Assembly: GCA_017992455.1 (NCBI GenBank)
Contig: JAGOOP010000002.1
Location: forward strand, 80,912 to 144,911
Direction: 5' to 3'
From: Candidatus Omnitrophota bacterium
GTDB taxonomy: Bacteria; Omnitrophota; Gorgyraeia; Gygaellales; Profunditerraquicolaceae
Length of the DNA: 64,000 nt
Shown here: piece by piece, positions 9,510-19,010 of the stretch
Position numbering within the stretch: the stretch's first letter is position 1
Layout: every line of letters starts with the position of its first letter
Made by a program: the position numbers and the translations under genes
The notes under the pieces: model-generated
What the model was told of the DNA's origin: nothing
The model's input: the letters and a program-made list of their open reading frames with translations, nothing else
Databases searched by the model: none

Positions 9510-10485
9510 AAACGTGCTTTCTGAGCGTACGGGGCCCGGGGAAGGAGCTCGTCAATGCGAGTGCATGCGCTCGGGCGATCTCATTCATAACCCCCGATTC
9601 CAGCCCGGCAACGGCTTTTTCGCTCAACACACCGCTACCCGTCAGATACCGCCTCAAAAACAACACCGGGTCCTTCCTGCGCCACCGCTCGATCTCGGCG
9701 GGCGGACGGATATCGGTGTGAGCCCCCTGTACGTTATCATCGGGCCCCACATGTCCGTGCATGCGGTATGTCAGGAACTCCAGGAATACGGGACCCCGGC
9801 CGCTGCGGCACAACGATACTGCCTTCTTTGCCTTCGCCAGCACGGTAAATATGTTATTTCCGTCTGCCTGCCACGCCCTGGCCCCGAACGGACGGGCGAT
9901 TTTATAGATATCCTTTGAAACGCGGCACTCGCGTATCGGCATGTGCGTTGAATAAAGATTGTTCTCGCACACAAATATGACCGGCAGCCGTTTGAGAGCC
10001 GCAAGGTTCAGAGATTCGTACAAAACGCCTTCACCCGCCGCGCCGTCTCCGAAAAAGCTGACCGCGACACCGCTTTTACGGGCGATTTTCATCGCAAGGC
10101 CCGCTCCCACCGCAAGGGATATGGTGCCGGCGACAATGGGCGCGGACCCGAGCATGCCGGCTGATACATCCCGGAGATGCATGGAGCCGCCGCGCCCGCC
10201 CGCGCATCCGTCCCGGCGGCAATAGACCTCGGCTACGAGCTTGTTCAGATCCCCGCCTTTTGCGAGATAATGGCCGTGCGAACGGTGATTCCCGAATATA
10301 AGGTCATGCCTGGAAAGCGCGGCACACACTCCCACCGCGACAGCTTCCTGCCCCGTGCATAAATGCACGGGGCATCTGATGATGCCGCGCATGATGGGAC
10401 CGATAAAGCTTTCCTCGCATACGCGGATCCTGAACATGCTGCGGTACAGGCCCGCCGCATCCCTGTTTGACAAAATACGCTTCAT
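9499..10485 (-). CDS. ThDP-dependent 2-oxoacid dehydrogenase E1 component, alpha subunit-like
   Basis: 328 aa. Contains GQEAVAVGV, HRSHGHYLAKGG, GGRGGSMHL, the ThDP-binding GDGAAGEG...N motif and LPVIFVCENNLYS. Confidence 0.85.
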   Translation of the reverse strand: MKRILSNRDAAGLYRSMFRIRVCEESFIGPIMRGIIRCPVHLCTGQEAVAVGVCAALSRHDLIFGNHRSHGHYLAKGGDLNKLVAEVYCRRDGCAGGRGGSMHLRDVSAGMLGSAPIVAGTISLAVGAGLAMKIARKSGVAVSFFGDGAAGEGVLYESLNLAALKRLPVIFVCENNLYSTHMPIRECRVSKDIYKIARPFGARAWQADGNNIFTVLAKAKKAVSLCRSGRGPVFLEFLTYRMHGHVGPDDNVQGAHTDIRPPAEIERWRRKDPVLFLRRYLTGSGVLSEKAVAGLESGVMNEIARAHALALTSSFPGPRTLRKHVYDE

Positions 10486-11072
10486 TTTTTAATGATCTTG
10501 GCGATGGTCGAGATGATGATCGAGAAATCAACCGGAAGACTGCGTTCCCGTACATACTGCAGCTGAAGCCGGATCTTCTCCGGCCGAATCTTCTCCATGT
10601 ATGTCTTCTCAGGATCGATGCTGCCTGCCAGGATAACGCCTTCGTTTGAATTCCATAATGACGCCCAGTCGGTAATGCCGGGCCGGACGCTCAGTATCTT
10701 CTTTTCCTCCTCGGTGAACATATCCGTATAAAATGGCACCTCGGGCCGCGGCCCGACAAAGCTCATCTCTCCTTTCAGGACATTAAAGAGCTGCGGAAGT
10801 TCGTCCAGCTTGCAGGACCGCAGCTTCCTGCCGATCCGCGTTATCCGGGGATCATCATTGGCGCTCGAAGCTCCGCCGATCCTGTCGGCGTTGACCACCA
10901 TGGTCCTGAACTTGTGCATCCGGAACTTCGTTCCGCCCAAGCCGGTGCGTATCCCGTTGTACAGAACAGGCCCTCCGTCCTCGCGCTTGATAAGAAATGC
11001 GATGACCGCATACAGGGGCAGCAGCAGAAGAATACCGGCGCATGAAAACAAAATGTCGCATGTTCGTTTCAT
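10482..11072 (-). CDS. Small initiating phosphoglycosyl transferase (bacterial sugar transferase, PglC/WecA-unrelated type)
   Basis: 196 aa. A single re-entrant N-terminal helix is followed by KFRTM, DPRITRIGRKLR..KLDELPQLFNVLKGEMSFVGPRP. Confidence 0.9.
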   Translation of the reverse strand: MKRTCDILFSCAGILLLLPLYAVIAFLIKREDGGPVLYNGIRTGLGGTKFRMHKFRTMVVNADRIGGASSANDDPRITRIGRKLRSCKLDELPQLFNVLKGEMSFVGPRPEVPFYTDMFTEEEKKILSVRPGITDWASLWNSNEGVILAGSIDPEKTYMEKIRPEKIRLQLQYVRERSLPVDFSIIISTIAKIIKK

Positions 11073-11123
11073 AGGATCCTGACCATAGTGTATTATTATA
11101 CATTCAGTCCGGCATGAACGCCA

Positions 11124-12173
11124 CTACAATCTTGCCCCTGCGTTGCGGCGCAGGGACATACGAAAAAGATTGGACCAGAACTTCTGGCGGAGCATACAGC
11201 CGGCCAGACCGGCAAGAGAACCTGCGCCGTAGGAAACGTGAAGGCAAAAATAAACAAAAGGCATAAAAAAAATAAACCTCGGGTCCTTATGTTTTACGCT
11301 CAGCTGAAACGAAAAAAAGAAAGCGCATCCGGCGTATGCAAGCACAATGGCCAGAAGAACCCTCGGATCGCCTGATACTATCGATTGCACAAAGGAGATG
11401 AGAAGACCCGCAGTGAAGAAGAGCGGGACGAGATGACGCAGGGACACCGGCAGGAACACGCTGTATAGAAACGGCCTGATCGCCCAGACCCCGTTAACAA
11501 AATTATTCCTGATAAACCATACGACCTGCGTGTTCGGATAATATGTACACGTGATCTCCGGGACAAGAAGGATCTTCCCTCCCTGTTTCCGGAGCCTGAT
11601 GTTGAATTCCATATCCTGTCCGCGCTTGAGGCGCTCGTTGAAAAAACCAACCCTTTGGAACACGCTCCGCGGATAACATCCGCAGAAAACGGTATCCGTC
11701 TCCGTCGGGACCCTGACCCCCGTCCTAAAATCCGAGTTCCCGACGCCGAACCTGCTCGTTAATGCGCCGACGATCAGTGCCCCGGCCAGTCCTTTGTCAC
11801 GGGCCCGGGTCAACATCGTCCCGCCGACATTATCCGCCCTGTACTTATGGAGGTATCGAACGCATTTCGACACATAGTCCCGCTCATACGAGGCATGGGC
11901 ATCCATCCGTATGATGATCGTGCCGGCAGAAGCTCGTATGCCCACATTCAAAGCACAGGGGGTGATGCGCCGCGGATTGTCGATCATTCTGATATTATCG
12001 GAAGCGCGCGCGAATTCCGCGATGATCGCGCGTGTCCCGTCTGCGCTGCCCCCGTCGACAACGAGCACTTCGTAATCCTCACGGGGGAAGTCCTGTGCCA
12101 TGACCGACTCAAGACACGAGCGAATGAATTTTTCCTCATTCAGACAGGGGATGATTATTGAGACGTTCACCAT
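11124..12173 (-). CDS. Family-2 glycosyltransferase with C-terminal membrane spans
   Basis: 349 aa. Contains VSIIIPCLNEEKFIRSCLESV, VLVVDGGSADGT and RMDAH, with a hydrophobic C-terminal third. Confidence 0.85.
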   Translation of the reverse strand: MVNVSIIIPCLNEEKFIRSCLESVMAQDFPREDYEVLVVDGGSADGTRAIIAEFARASDNIRMIDNPRRITPCALNVGIRASAGTIIIRMDAHASYERDYVSKCVRYLHKYRADNVGGTMLTRARDKGLAGALIVGALTSRFGVGNSDFRTGVRVPTETDTVFCGCYPRSVFQRVGFFNERLKRGQDMEFNIRLRKQGGKILLVPEITCTYYPNTQVVWFIRNNFVNGVWAIRPFLYSVFLPVSLRHLVPLFFTAGLLISFVQSIVSGDPRVLLAIVLAYAGCAFFFSFQLSVKHKDPRFIFFMPFVYFCLHVSYGAGSLAGLAGCMLRQKFWSNLFRMSLRRNAGARL

Positions 12174-12175
12174 AT

Positions 12176-13324
12176 CTATTTCTTACTGCGGATATGCGCG
12201 ATTGACTTGACCGCGTAGTCGAACCCGTATCCCGCGAACATGATCAAAAACAATAATGCTGTATAGGATATCCTGAGACCGGCATCAACAAACGTCAGAC
12301 CCTGAAGGGCCATACTGAGCAAAAATACATAAAAAAACATTATGAAATAACGGTCATTCGTTTTTGCGGCCCTGACGAGCGCAATAAGAGACAATAGGTA
12401 TAACGGGATGACGTGCAACGCATAATAGATCTGGTGAACCCGTGACCAGAAGGGCGGGAAAACGTTTAAAAACTGATAGCACCTGAGAAAAAAGAGCCTG
12501 CTCGCTCTCGCTCCGCAATACAACAGATCGGTATGCCGGGAGTGATCGAACGCTTCTATGCTGCTCACCCCGGATATTTGCTCGTCGGTACCGAGGAAAA
12601 CGGTGCCGTCGAGATAAAAACCGTTCAATATCTCAAGGAGCTCCTTTCCCGCAGATAGAACGAACGCGAACGACAATACCGCGGCACCGAGCAGTAAAGC
12701 GATGCCCCAATGCCTGCCCGTGCGTATCAGGGCCCTGATAAAAGGGAAATAAAGCGGTATAAACAATACAACCGTATCGATCCTGGTCAATGTCAGGATA
12801 CCGAATAGAACCGGGAAGAGCGCCAGAAAAAGCGCGTGCCTGCCGTTGAAATACAGTCCCAGCAGTATATAGAACGAAACCAGGAACATTGCCCTGAAAA
12901 AAGAATCGGGAACAGCCATGGTGACCCACTGGATATTATCGAAAAAAAACAGGGACCCGCAGGTGACGATCAGCGCGACGCTCCGGTAAAAATAACGGCT
13001 GGACAAAATATGAAAAACAAGGACAAAAGACAGGACTGAAAACAGCATCTGAACCAGAATAAGGGCGTTTAAATTCCCGAGGCCCCAAAAAACATACACC
13101 CCTGCCACCAGCAGCACATAGCCCATATGGAACAGCTGGTATCCCGATATCCCCGGCGAAATCGTTTGCGCACCGGTGATCCAATTGATGAGCTGCCTGG
13201 CAAGCGGATCGTAGCGCACATGGAAATCAGTGGACACATTCGCACCGGTCTTTAGGTATAAAAGAACATGCGCCAGAACGGCGAATATGAGAACAAAGAG
13301 ATACTGCTTCCAGTATCTTCTCAT
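12176..13324 (-). CDS. Polytopic membrane protein (possible GT-C glycosyltransferase or polymerase)
   Basis: 382 aa and more than 9 hydrophobic spans. I recognise no soluble domain. The function is inferred from context only. Confidence 0.35.
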   Translation of the reverse strand: MRRYWKQYLFVLIFAVLAHVLLYLKTGANVSTDFHVRYDPLARQLINWITGAQTISPGISGYQLFHMGYVLLVAGVYVFWGLGNLNALILVQMLFSVLSFVLVFHILSSRYFYRSVALIVTCGSLFFFDNIQWVTMAVPDSFFRAMFLVSFYILLGLYFNGRHALFLALFPVLFGILTLTRIDTVVLFIPLYFPFIRALIRTGRHWGIALLLGAAVLSFAFVLSAGKELLEILNGFYLDGTVFLGTDEQISGVSSIEAFDHSRHTDLLYCGARASRLFFLRCYQFLNVFPPFWSRVHQIYYALHVIPLYLLSLIALVRAAKTNDRYFIMFFYVFLLSMALQGLTFVDAGLRISYTALLFLIMFAGYGFDYAVKSIAHIRSKK

Positions 13325-14031
13325 ACGGCCCGCTTTCGTAAAACGGCGATCAGGGACAGCCCCGCGGGCGGATGGAGGACCTTTTCCATGCGGGATACCA
13401 GCGGTATTAAAAGATTCATGAGTTCATAATTTTCATTGTAATGGACCTTCTGCCGCAGGATCCGCCCTTTCAAGAACCAGGCGAATGCCCCGATCAGGTT
13501 GAAATAATAGAGCCGCTCAACGGTAACGGGCAGGCCCGAGATCCTGTGCATCAGCATCGTTTTATCATACCTGCGATAATGGCCGTCCAGCCGGTCAAGG
13601 CTTCCGAAGTTCTGCCGGAGCGCTGGTACCAGAAGGCATACCGTACCGCCCGTCGGCAATACATCAACCATCCTGCTCAACGCCCCGCGGTCGTCATTGA
13701 GATGTTCGAGGATGTTCGAGCAAAACACGGTATCGATGCTTCGCGCCTTGAGGCCGCTGAACGCGTGAGGACCGGTTATGTCCAATCGGATAAATTCGAC
13801 GTTATCCAGATACCGGTACTCGGACTGCATCTCATGGATGATCTCGGGGTCCTCGTCGACGCCGAGATACAGTTCCCTATCTATCAACAGGTTCGTGAAA
13901 TTGCCGAGACCGCAGCCCAGATCTGCCACACGCGATCCGATGAACGGCCTGAACTGGGCGAACTGCCAGGCAAAATACGGCCTCGCAAGACGACGCCAGC
14001 GCCTGTAGAATTCAATATGCGATTCACTCAA
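13321..14031 (-). CDS. Class-I SAM-dependent methyltransferase
   Basis: 236 aa. Motif I VADLGCGLGNF, then VFCSNILEHL. The only available start is a TTG at 14031, giving an 8-nt overlap with the upstream gene. Confidence 0.8.
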   Translation of the reverse strand: MSESHIEFYRRWRRLARPYFAWQFAQFRPFIGSRVADLGCGLGNFTNLLIDRELYLGVDEDPEIIHEMQSEYRYLDNVEFIRLDITGPHAFSGLKARSIDTVFCSNILEHLNDDRGALSRMVDVLPTGGTVCLLVPALRQNFGSLDRLDGHYRRYDKTMLMHRISGLPVTVERLYYFNLIGAFAWFLKGRILRQKVHYNENYELMNLLIPLVSRMEKVLHPPAGLSLIAVLRKRAV

Positions 14032-15106
14032 AAGATGCCCCCGGGTTTATCAGGCCCGAATCCTTATAGTCTAACGGCAGTCTCGCGATATCGGTGCCAT
14101 AGCAGCCGGCATGCTCGATAAAATATGTATCTTCGGCGGCAATGCATACGGGATGGTATTTCTGAAAATACGGATGCCTCATCGCAACGGCACGGATATC
14201 CGGTAACGAAGCCGCACGAATATTACCGAACGATATATGGATGAACGGACACGGTAAAACGTCGCCGTACGGGGAGAGATAGCATTTTTCCTTAAAAGCC
14301 GGGCAGCCACGCACATGCCAGTTCGACTCGAAATCGGTCCGGACATGAGTATGTCTCGCCAACAAAGCGTTCAGAAACAAACGGTCATCTGCAGAAATCA
14401 AAAGGTCCCGGTTCCCCTTCCATTTTCCCGCCGGCACGGCGAGATTCAGGGATAGCACGGCGCACAATTCTTTTGACAGACCGATCATATTCGTAAAGTC
14501 TTCGGACCTGATATTCGAATGGGTCAACGTATAGGAAATAAGAACCCGCAAGCCCCGCGACTTTGCCAGCCGTATCGCTCCGACAGCCTTGTGCCATGAA
14601 CCGGGCTGCTGACGGAATGCGTCATGGGCCTGCGGCGTAACACTATCTAGGCTGACGCATAATATATCTCCTCCGGCATCGATGTACCTGGCGATGAATG
14701 TATCATCTATCAGCCACCCGTTCGTCTGGATCGATATGATATTCTCTCTCGGGCAGAATGCGGAGATTATCTCAAACAGCCGGGGATGCATAACAGGTTC
14801 TCCTCCGGTAAAGTGGAATACAATAACGCCCGCGGACATGGCATCTCGGGCGACCCTTTCATATTCAGGCAAAGTCAGGGGCTGCGCGCCTTTCTTTTTC
14901 AAGGCCTCTGCTGAACAATGGAGACAGCTGAAATTACAGGAATAACTCAATGCCACATCCATAAAACGAAGAGAAATCCTGCCTCTCCATCGAGCATTGA
15001 TAAAACCCTTTATAATCCGTTTAAACAGACGGGGTTTGCGTGCATTCAGGCCGCCTGCGATATACATATTTGTCAAAACCGTACATATCGACCTTAAAAA
15101 AAACAT
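14024..15106 (-). CDS. Radical SAM enzyme with C-terminal Cys-rich (SPASM/twitch-like) region
   Basis: 360 aa. CxxxCxxC appears as YSCNFSCLHC, followed by FTGGEPV. The C-terminus reads RGCPAFKEKCYLSPYGDVLPCPF. Confidence 0.8.
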   Translation of the reverse strand: MFFLRSICTVLTNMYIAGGLNARKPRLFKRIIKGFINARWRGRISLRFMDVALSYSCNFSCLHCSAEALKKKGAQPLTLPEYERVARDAMSAGVIVFHFTGGEPVMHPRLFEIISAFCPRENIISIQTNGWLIDDTFIARYIDAGGDILCVSLDSVTPQAHDAFRQQPGSWHKAVGAIRLAKSRGLRVLISYTLTHSNIRSEDFTNMIGLSKELCAVLSLNLAVPAGKWKGNRDLLISADDRLFLNALLARHTHVRTDFESNWHVRGCPAFKEKCYLSPYGDVLPCPFIHISFGNIRAASLPDIRAVAMRHPYFQKYHPVCIAAEDTYFIEHAGCYGTDIARLPLDYKDSGLINPGASFE

Positions 15107-15107
15107 A

Positions 15108-16073
15108 TTACGGGCCTTTCTTCCTGGCTAAAATCTGCATATTGGAGCTGCTTTTTGCGAAAACAACCTGAATCACATCAATAAAAGAAGCTATGACAAG
15201 CAAAAAAGGGTTTTGATAGTGAAAAAAAACGGCTAACCTTTCAAATCTGCGTTTCTCCGTGAGTACATTATGTATTGAATGTATCCAGAAAACCGGGCTC
15301 AACAGATGCTTACAGGTGACTATTTCGAACCCTTCCTCTACCAGCAGCCTGCACAAACTTGCCCTGTTGAAAAGATAAAAATGACGGGGGATATGATATC
15401 CTCCCCAGTATCTCCGCTTGAATAAAAAGAAATCCCAGCTGACGGTGTCAGGGGTTTCAAGGGATAATACCCCTCCGTTTTTAAGCATCGCATGTATCTT
15501 CCTGATAACCAGCCGGGGCTCGCGGGTATGCTCCAGCACCTGATGCATAAAGATCAGATCATATGCACGCGAATTCGATTTTAAATCATAATCTTCGAAA
15601 TCTCCGCTCGTGACATTGTATCCTTTCGACCGTGCAGCCGCGGCCGCAGTATCTGAAATTTCTATTCCTGAAAGATACACGGGCTGCGAAAAACTATGAC
15701 TCATAACGCTGAGCAGCCTGCCGTCTCCGCAGCCGAGATCATATATGGAGATGGGGCCTTTCGATTCTATGCAATCGGCACATACGCGTATTTTTCCCGA
15801 TTCTAATTTGTCGCGAAAATACTTCACAAAGCCGTTCTCATGCTTCGTCTCAGAATACGAATAATAATTAACAGGATATATGACAGAAACCGACTGACGA
15901 GCCGGCCTATCATCAAGATATATGAGGCCGCACCCGCCGCAGCGAACAAGACCGAATTCTTCGCGCGTGGTGCCATATTCAAAATCCCAGCCTGAGGCCA
16001 CGCGTTCACCGCTGCGCGATACGCCGCATACCGGGCATGCAACTCGTTCCCGTGCTATGAGAGAGAGAGGCAT
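15108..16073 (-). CDS. Class-I SAM methyltransferase with N-terminal zinc-ribbon
   Basis: 321 aa. Contains CPVCG...CGGCG, then IYDLGCGDGRLL and IFMHQVLEH. Confidence 0.8.
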   Translation of the reverse strand: MPLSLIARERVACPVCGVSRSGERVASGWDFEYGTTREEFGLVRCGGCGLIYLDDRPARQSVSVIYPVNYYSYSETKHENGFVKYFRDKLESGKIRVCADCIESKGPISIYDLGCGDGRLLSVMSHSFSQPVYLSGIEISDTAAAAARSKGYNVTSGDFEDYDLKSNSRAYDLIFMHQVLEHTREPRLVIRKIHAMLKNGGVLSLETPDTVSWDFFLFKRRYWGGYHIPRHFYLFNRASLCRLLVEEGFEIVTCKHLLSPVFWIHSIHNVLTEKRRFERLAVFFHYQNPFLLVIASFIDVIQVVFAKSSSNMQILARKKGP

Positions 16074-16075
16074 GA

Positions 16076-16846
16076 TTATATTTTCTCAATTTCGACCGTT
16101 AAAAACATTCCTATATACCGATTGAACCGGGACAGGCATGTTTCGATTTTTTTAAAGAACCCATACGAAAAATCCGGGGCTATCTGATTCATTGAGAATC
16201 CGCCGCTGAGAAGATATCGCAATGGCGTATGAATACGCATGCACGTTATCTTAAGGCACGGATACATGCGCAAAAACTTGTCCTTATCCCTGATGAATAT
16301 TATCCAGGGCAATGCGCTGTTTGCGCTAAACAGCGGGTTTTCCCCTTTTATGCACCAGTCAGCCTTATCGTCGTAGGTTTCATGATGAAAAAATCTCCAG
16401 ATGACACGGCTCAATACCGTGCTTGCCGGCTCGATCATCACTATCCTGCCCCCTCTGATCAACGAACGCTGCGCTTCCTGGAAAAAACCCTCCGCATCCT
16501 TGATATGATGGAGTACATCCAGCAGTAAAAACGCCTTTACCGACTCGTTCCTGAACGGCAGGTTAACCGCCGATAGGCATATATCAATATGCGGGAGCAG
16601 GATGATATCTGATGTCACAATGCAGGGCATTACTGCCTTGCTCATGCCGCCGCCGGTGCCTAATTCGACGCATCCCGTCCCGTCGCTATCATCGAGGGAC
16701 TTTTTAAGTTCCAGATACCAGTCCTGATAAAGCATTCTCAGGAACCGTTTCTTATTGAGAATGCGGATGTGCGACTCTGTACACTGACGGGCATTCGTTA
16801 AAAAAGTGCTCGCCCGCAGAATATCTGACACGGACCGTCTTTTCAT
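16076..16846 (-). CDS. Class-I SAM methyltransferase (divergent)
   Basis: 256 aa. Contains VELGTGGG, AFLLLDVLHHI and GGRIVMIEP. Confidence 0.65.
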   Translation of the reverse strand: MKRRSVSDILRASTFLTNARQCTESHIRILNKKRFLRMLYQDWYLELKKSLDDSDGTGCVELGTGGGMSKAVMPCIVTSDIILLPHIDICLSAVNLPFRNESVKAFLLLDVLHHIKDAEGFFQEAQRSLIRGGRIVMIEPASTVLSRVIWRFFHHETYDDKADWCIKGENPLFSANSALPWIIFIRDKDKFLRMYPCLKITCMRIHTPLRYLLSGGFSMNQIAPDFSYGFFKKIETCLSRFNRYIGMFLTVEIEKI

Positions 16847-17589
16847 TTCACCCCTGTAATAATAAGGGATCCGGCCACTTCCTTCAAGATGGGGACACGT
16901 TCAAACATGGCGCCGATCGATGCGACCGCCGTTATGAAATGCGGCGGAGTTGCCGGGTGAAGGAAATCGAACGGCGTAACGAAAACTCCGGTAAAACCCG
17001 CCTCCCGAAGCAACCGAAAAATTTTCCACCTGAAAAAAGCGGTCTCAGTCTCAGTGTTCTGAAGCTTTCTGCCTATAAAATGGATGTTCTTTTCAACCGC
17101 GATTTGAGGATTGCACATATTGGGCTCAAAAAAAACGATGCGCCCCCCCGGCCTCAATACTCGTTTGCATTCGCACAGCGCTTCGACAACAGGGATATGA
17201 TGCAGTATCGAGTTACCTATTATAGCATCAAATCGCGTGTCCGCATACGGCATGTTCGCCGCGTCTGCGACCAGGAAATCAACATTCCCGTACGAAGAAT
17301 ACCGACGGCAGGCCGTTTGCACAGAAATCGGAGAAATATCCGCACACTGCAGGTCAAGCCCGGGTATCAATTCCAGAATATATCGCGTCAGGGCGCCAGT
17401 GCCGCAGCCGATCTCAAGGACGGCCGGCCGGCTATACGCCGCAAGCACTTCGCGGATCAAACATGCACGCCTCCGGAGCCTTTGTACACCGGCAGGTGTT
17501 ACGCTCCCCCACCAGATATGCCCCGTCTCACGGGCAAGCTTGTCGAAATGGAGTTGTTCCGTTGCCTGATTTCGTTCTATTTTCTTCAT
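16843..17589 (-). CDS. Class-I SAM-dependent methyltransferase
   Basis: 248 aa. Contains VLEIGCGTGALT, AIIGNSILHH and GGRIVFFEP. Confidence 0.85.
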   Translation of the reverse strand: MKKIERNQATEQLHFDKLARETGHIWWGSVTPAGVQRLRRRACLIREVLAAYSRPAVLEIGCGTGALTRYILELIPGLDLQCADISPISVQTACRRYSSYGNVDFLVADAANMPYADTRFDAIIGNSILHHIPVVEALCECKRVLRPGGRIVFFEPNMCNPQIAVEKNIHFIGRKLQNTETETAFFRWKIFRLLREAGFTGVFVTPFDFLHPATPPHFITAVASIGAMFERVPILKEVAGSLIITGVK

Positions 17590-17597
17590 AGGCTGTA

Positions 17598-19010
17598 TTA
17601 AACGAATTTGAGTTTTCTGACCGCGATAAAAGTCATCCGTAAAAGCAACCAGCCGTGTTTAAACCTGCTGATCTGCGTTTCGCCGTATGTCCGCTGGCGG
17701 TATCTGACGGGTATTTGCGTTATCTTCAGGTTCAGTTTGGCAGCTCCGAAAATCAGGTCGAAATCTCCGAACGGGTCGAAATCTCCGAAAACAGACCGGT
17801 TTCGGGCGATCGATTCATAGTCCTGCCGCCACAAAGCCTTGGTGCCGCACAGCGTGTCCTTTATATGCTGGCCGAGCAGGAACGTAAATGCGCTGCTGAA
17901 GAATTTGTTCCCGATCAGGTTTAAAAAACGCATCGCCTGCTTTTCCATCTGATATACGAGTCGGGTTCCGATTATAAGCTCGCCTTTCCCGCGGACCAGA
18001 GCGTCGCGGAACTTCGGCATATCTTCCGGCGGCACGGTCAGATCCGCATCGAGTATGATGAGGATATCTCCGCGGGCCTGTCTGAACCCCGCGCGAACCG
18101 CATCTCCCTTGCCGATGCCGTTCTGCTCGATAACTCGTATGTTTTTCCCGGCATAAAGGTTTTGAACGCGGTAACACTCCTCCAGCGTGCCGTCGCGTGA
18201 ATGGCCTTCGACAAAAATGACCTCCGTATCAGCTCCCAGGTCCGGTAACCGGCGCACCGCTTCTTCGATATTGCCCTTTTCATTACGGCAGGGGATAATG
18301 ACCGAAACGGACGCATCGGGACTCGTCTGCCTCCTCCCTTCGGTTTTCGCGATAATCACGCTGTTGAGGGCGCATCGATGAAACAGCGGCAATCTCGCCA
18401 GGACGTGATTGATAAAATAGGCGACCAAGGGCAGATACAGCGGAAAAAGGAACACATCATCTTTCTTAACCACCTCGAACCCGTTCAGGTACAGGAGATT
18501 GGATATATCGCCGCAGGATAACCAGTGCTGCCGGGGGCGGCGCATCCGCAGCCTGAGGAATTCGGCCATCCTGAGTACAGGCTCCCAGAAATAATTGAAA
18601 TAGACGATGACGACCCGGGTGGCAGGCGTGCAGATGCGCCGAAGGCCCTGCATCGCAGTCTGCACGTCTTCGGCATAGCCGATCACGTTGACGAGGATGA
18701 TATAATCGAACGTTCCTGCCGTTCGAAGATCGTCAATATCGTCTACGTGGAACTCGATCCCCGAAAATGACGTCCGCGCACGCTCGACCATGGCCTCGCT
18801 GATATCCACCCCGATCTTCCGTGTCCCGTTCAACGCCGCGAGCAAATGGCCGGTTCCGCACCCTATCTGCAACACGGACGCATGCGCGGGAATGACCTGA
18901 TTCAAATATCGGGCAAGGTCCGCGTGATAATACCATCCCTTCCTGAGCCAATGCTGCCGTGTCGGCGCCGCGGCGTCGAAATACGCTTTTTTTTCGATTT
19001 TGTTAATCAT
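17598..19010 (-). CDS. Fusion protein: N-terminal class-I methyltransferase plus C-terminal family-2 glycosyltransferase (DPM1/polyprenyl-phosphate glycosyltransferase-like)
   Basis: 470 aa. The N-terminal part has VLQIGCGTGHLLAAL. The C-terminal part has VSVIIPCRNEKGNIEE, FVEGHSRDGT and ILDADLT. Confidence 0.8.
   Translation of the reverse strand: MINKIEKKAYFDAAAPTRQHWLRKGWYYHADLARYLNQVIPAHASVLQIGCGTGHLLAALNGTRKIGVDISEAMVERARTSFSGIEFHVDDIDDLRTAGTFDYIILVNVIGYAEDVQTAMQGLRRICTPATRVVIVYFNYFWEPVLRMAEFLRLRMRRPRQHWLSCGDISNLLYLNGFEVVKKDDVFLFPLYLPLVAYFINHVLARLPLFHRCALNSVIIAKTEGRRQTSPDASVSVIIPCRNEKGNIEEAVRRLPDLGADTEVIFVEGHSRDGTLEECYRVQNLYAGKNIRVIEQNGIGKGDAVRAGFRQARGDILIILDADLTVPPEDMPKFRDALVRGKGELIIGTRLVYQMEKQAMRFLNLIGNKFFSSAFTFLLGQHIKDTLCGTKALWRQDYESIARNRSVFGDFDPFGDFDLIFGAAKLNLKITQIPVRYRQRTYGETQISRFKHGWLLLRMTFIAVRKLKFV

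Noticed and set aside
17756-17789. 18-nt tandem duplication ggtcgaaatctccgaa(cg/aa)
   Set aside because: It lies inside the MT-GT2 coding sequence and is in frame, encoding FGDFDP/FGDFDL on the minus strand. This is a small coding duplication, not a regulatory repeat.
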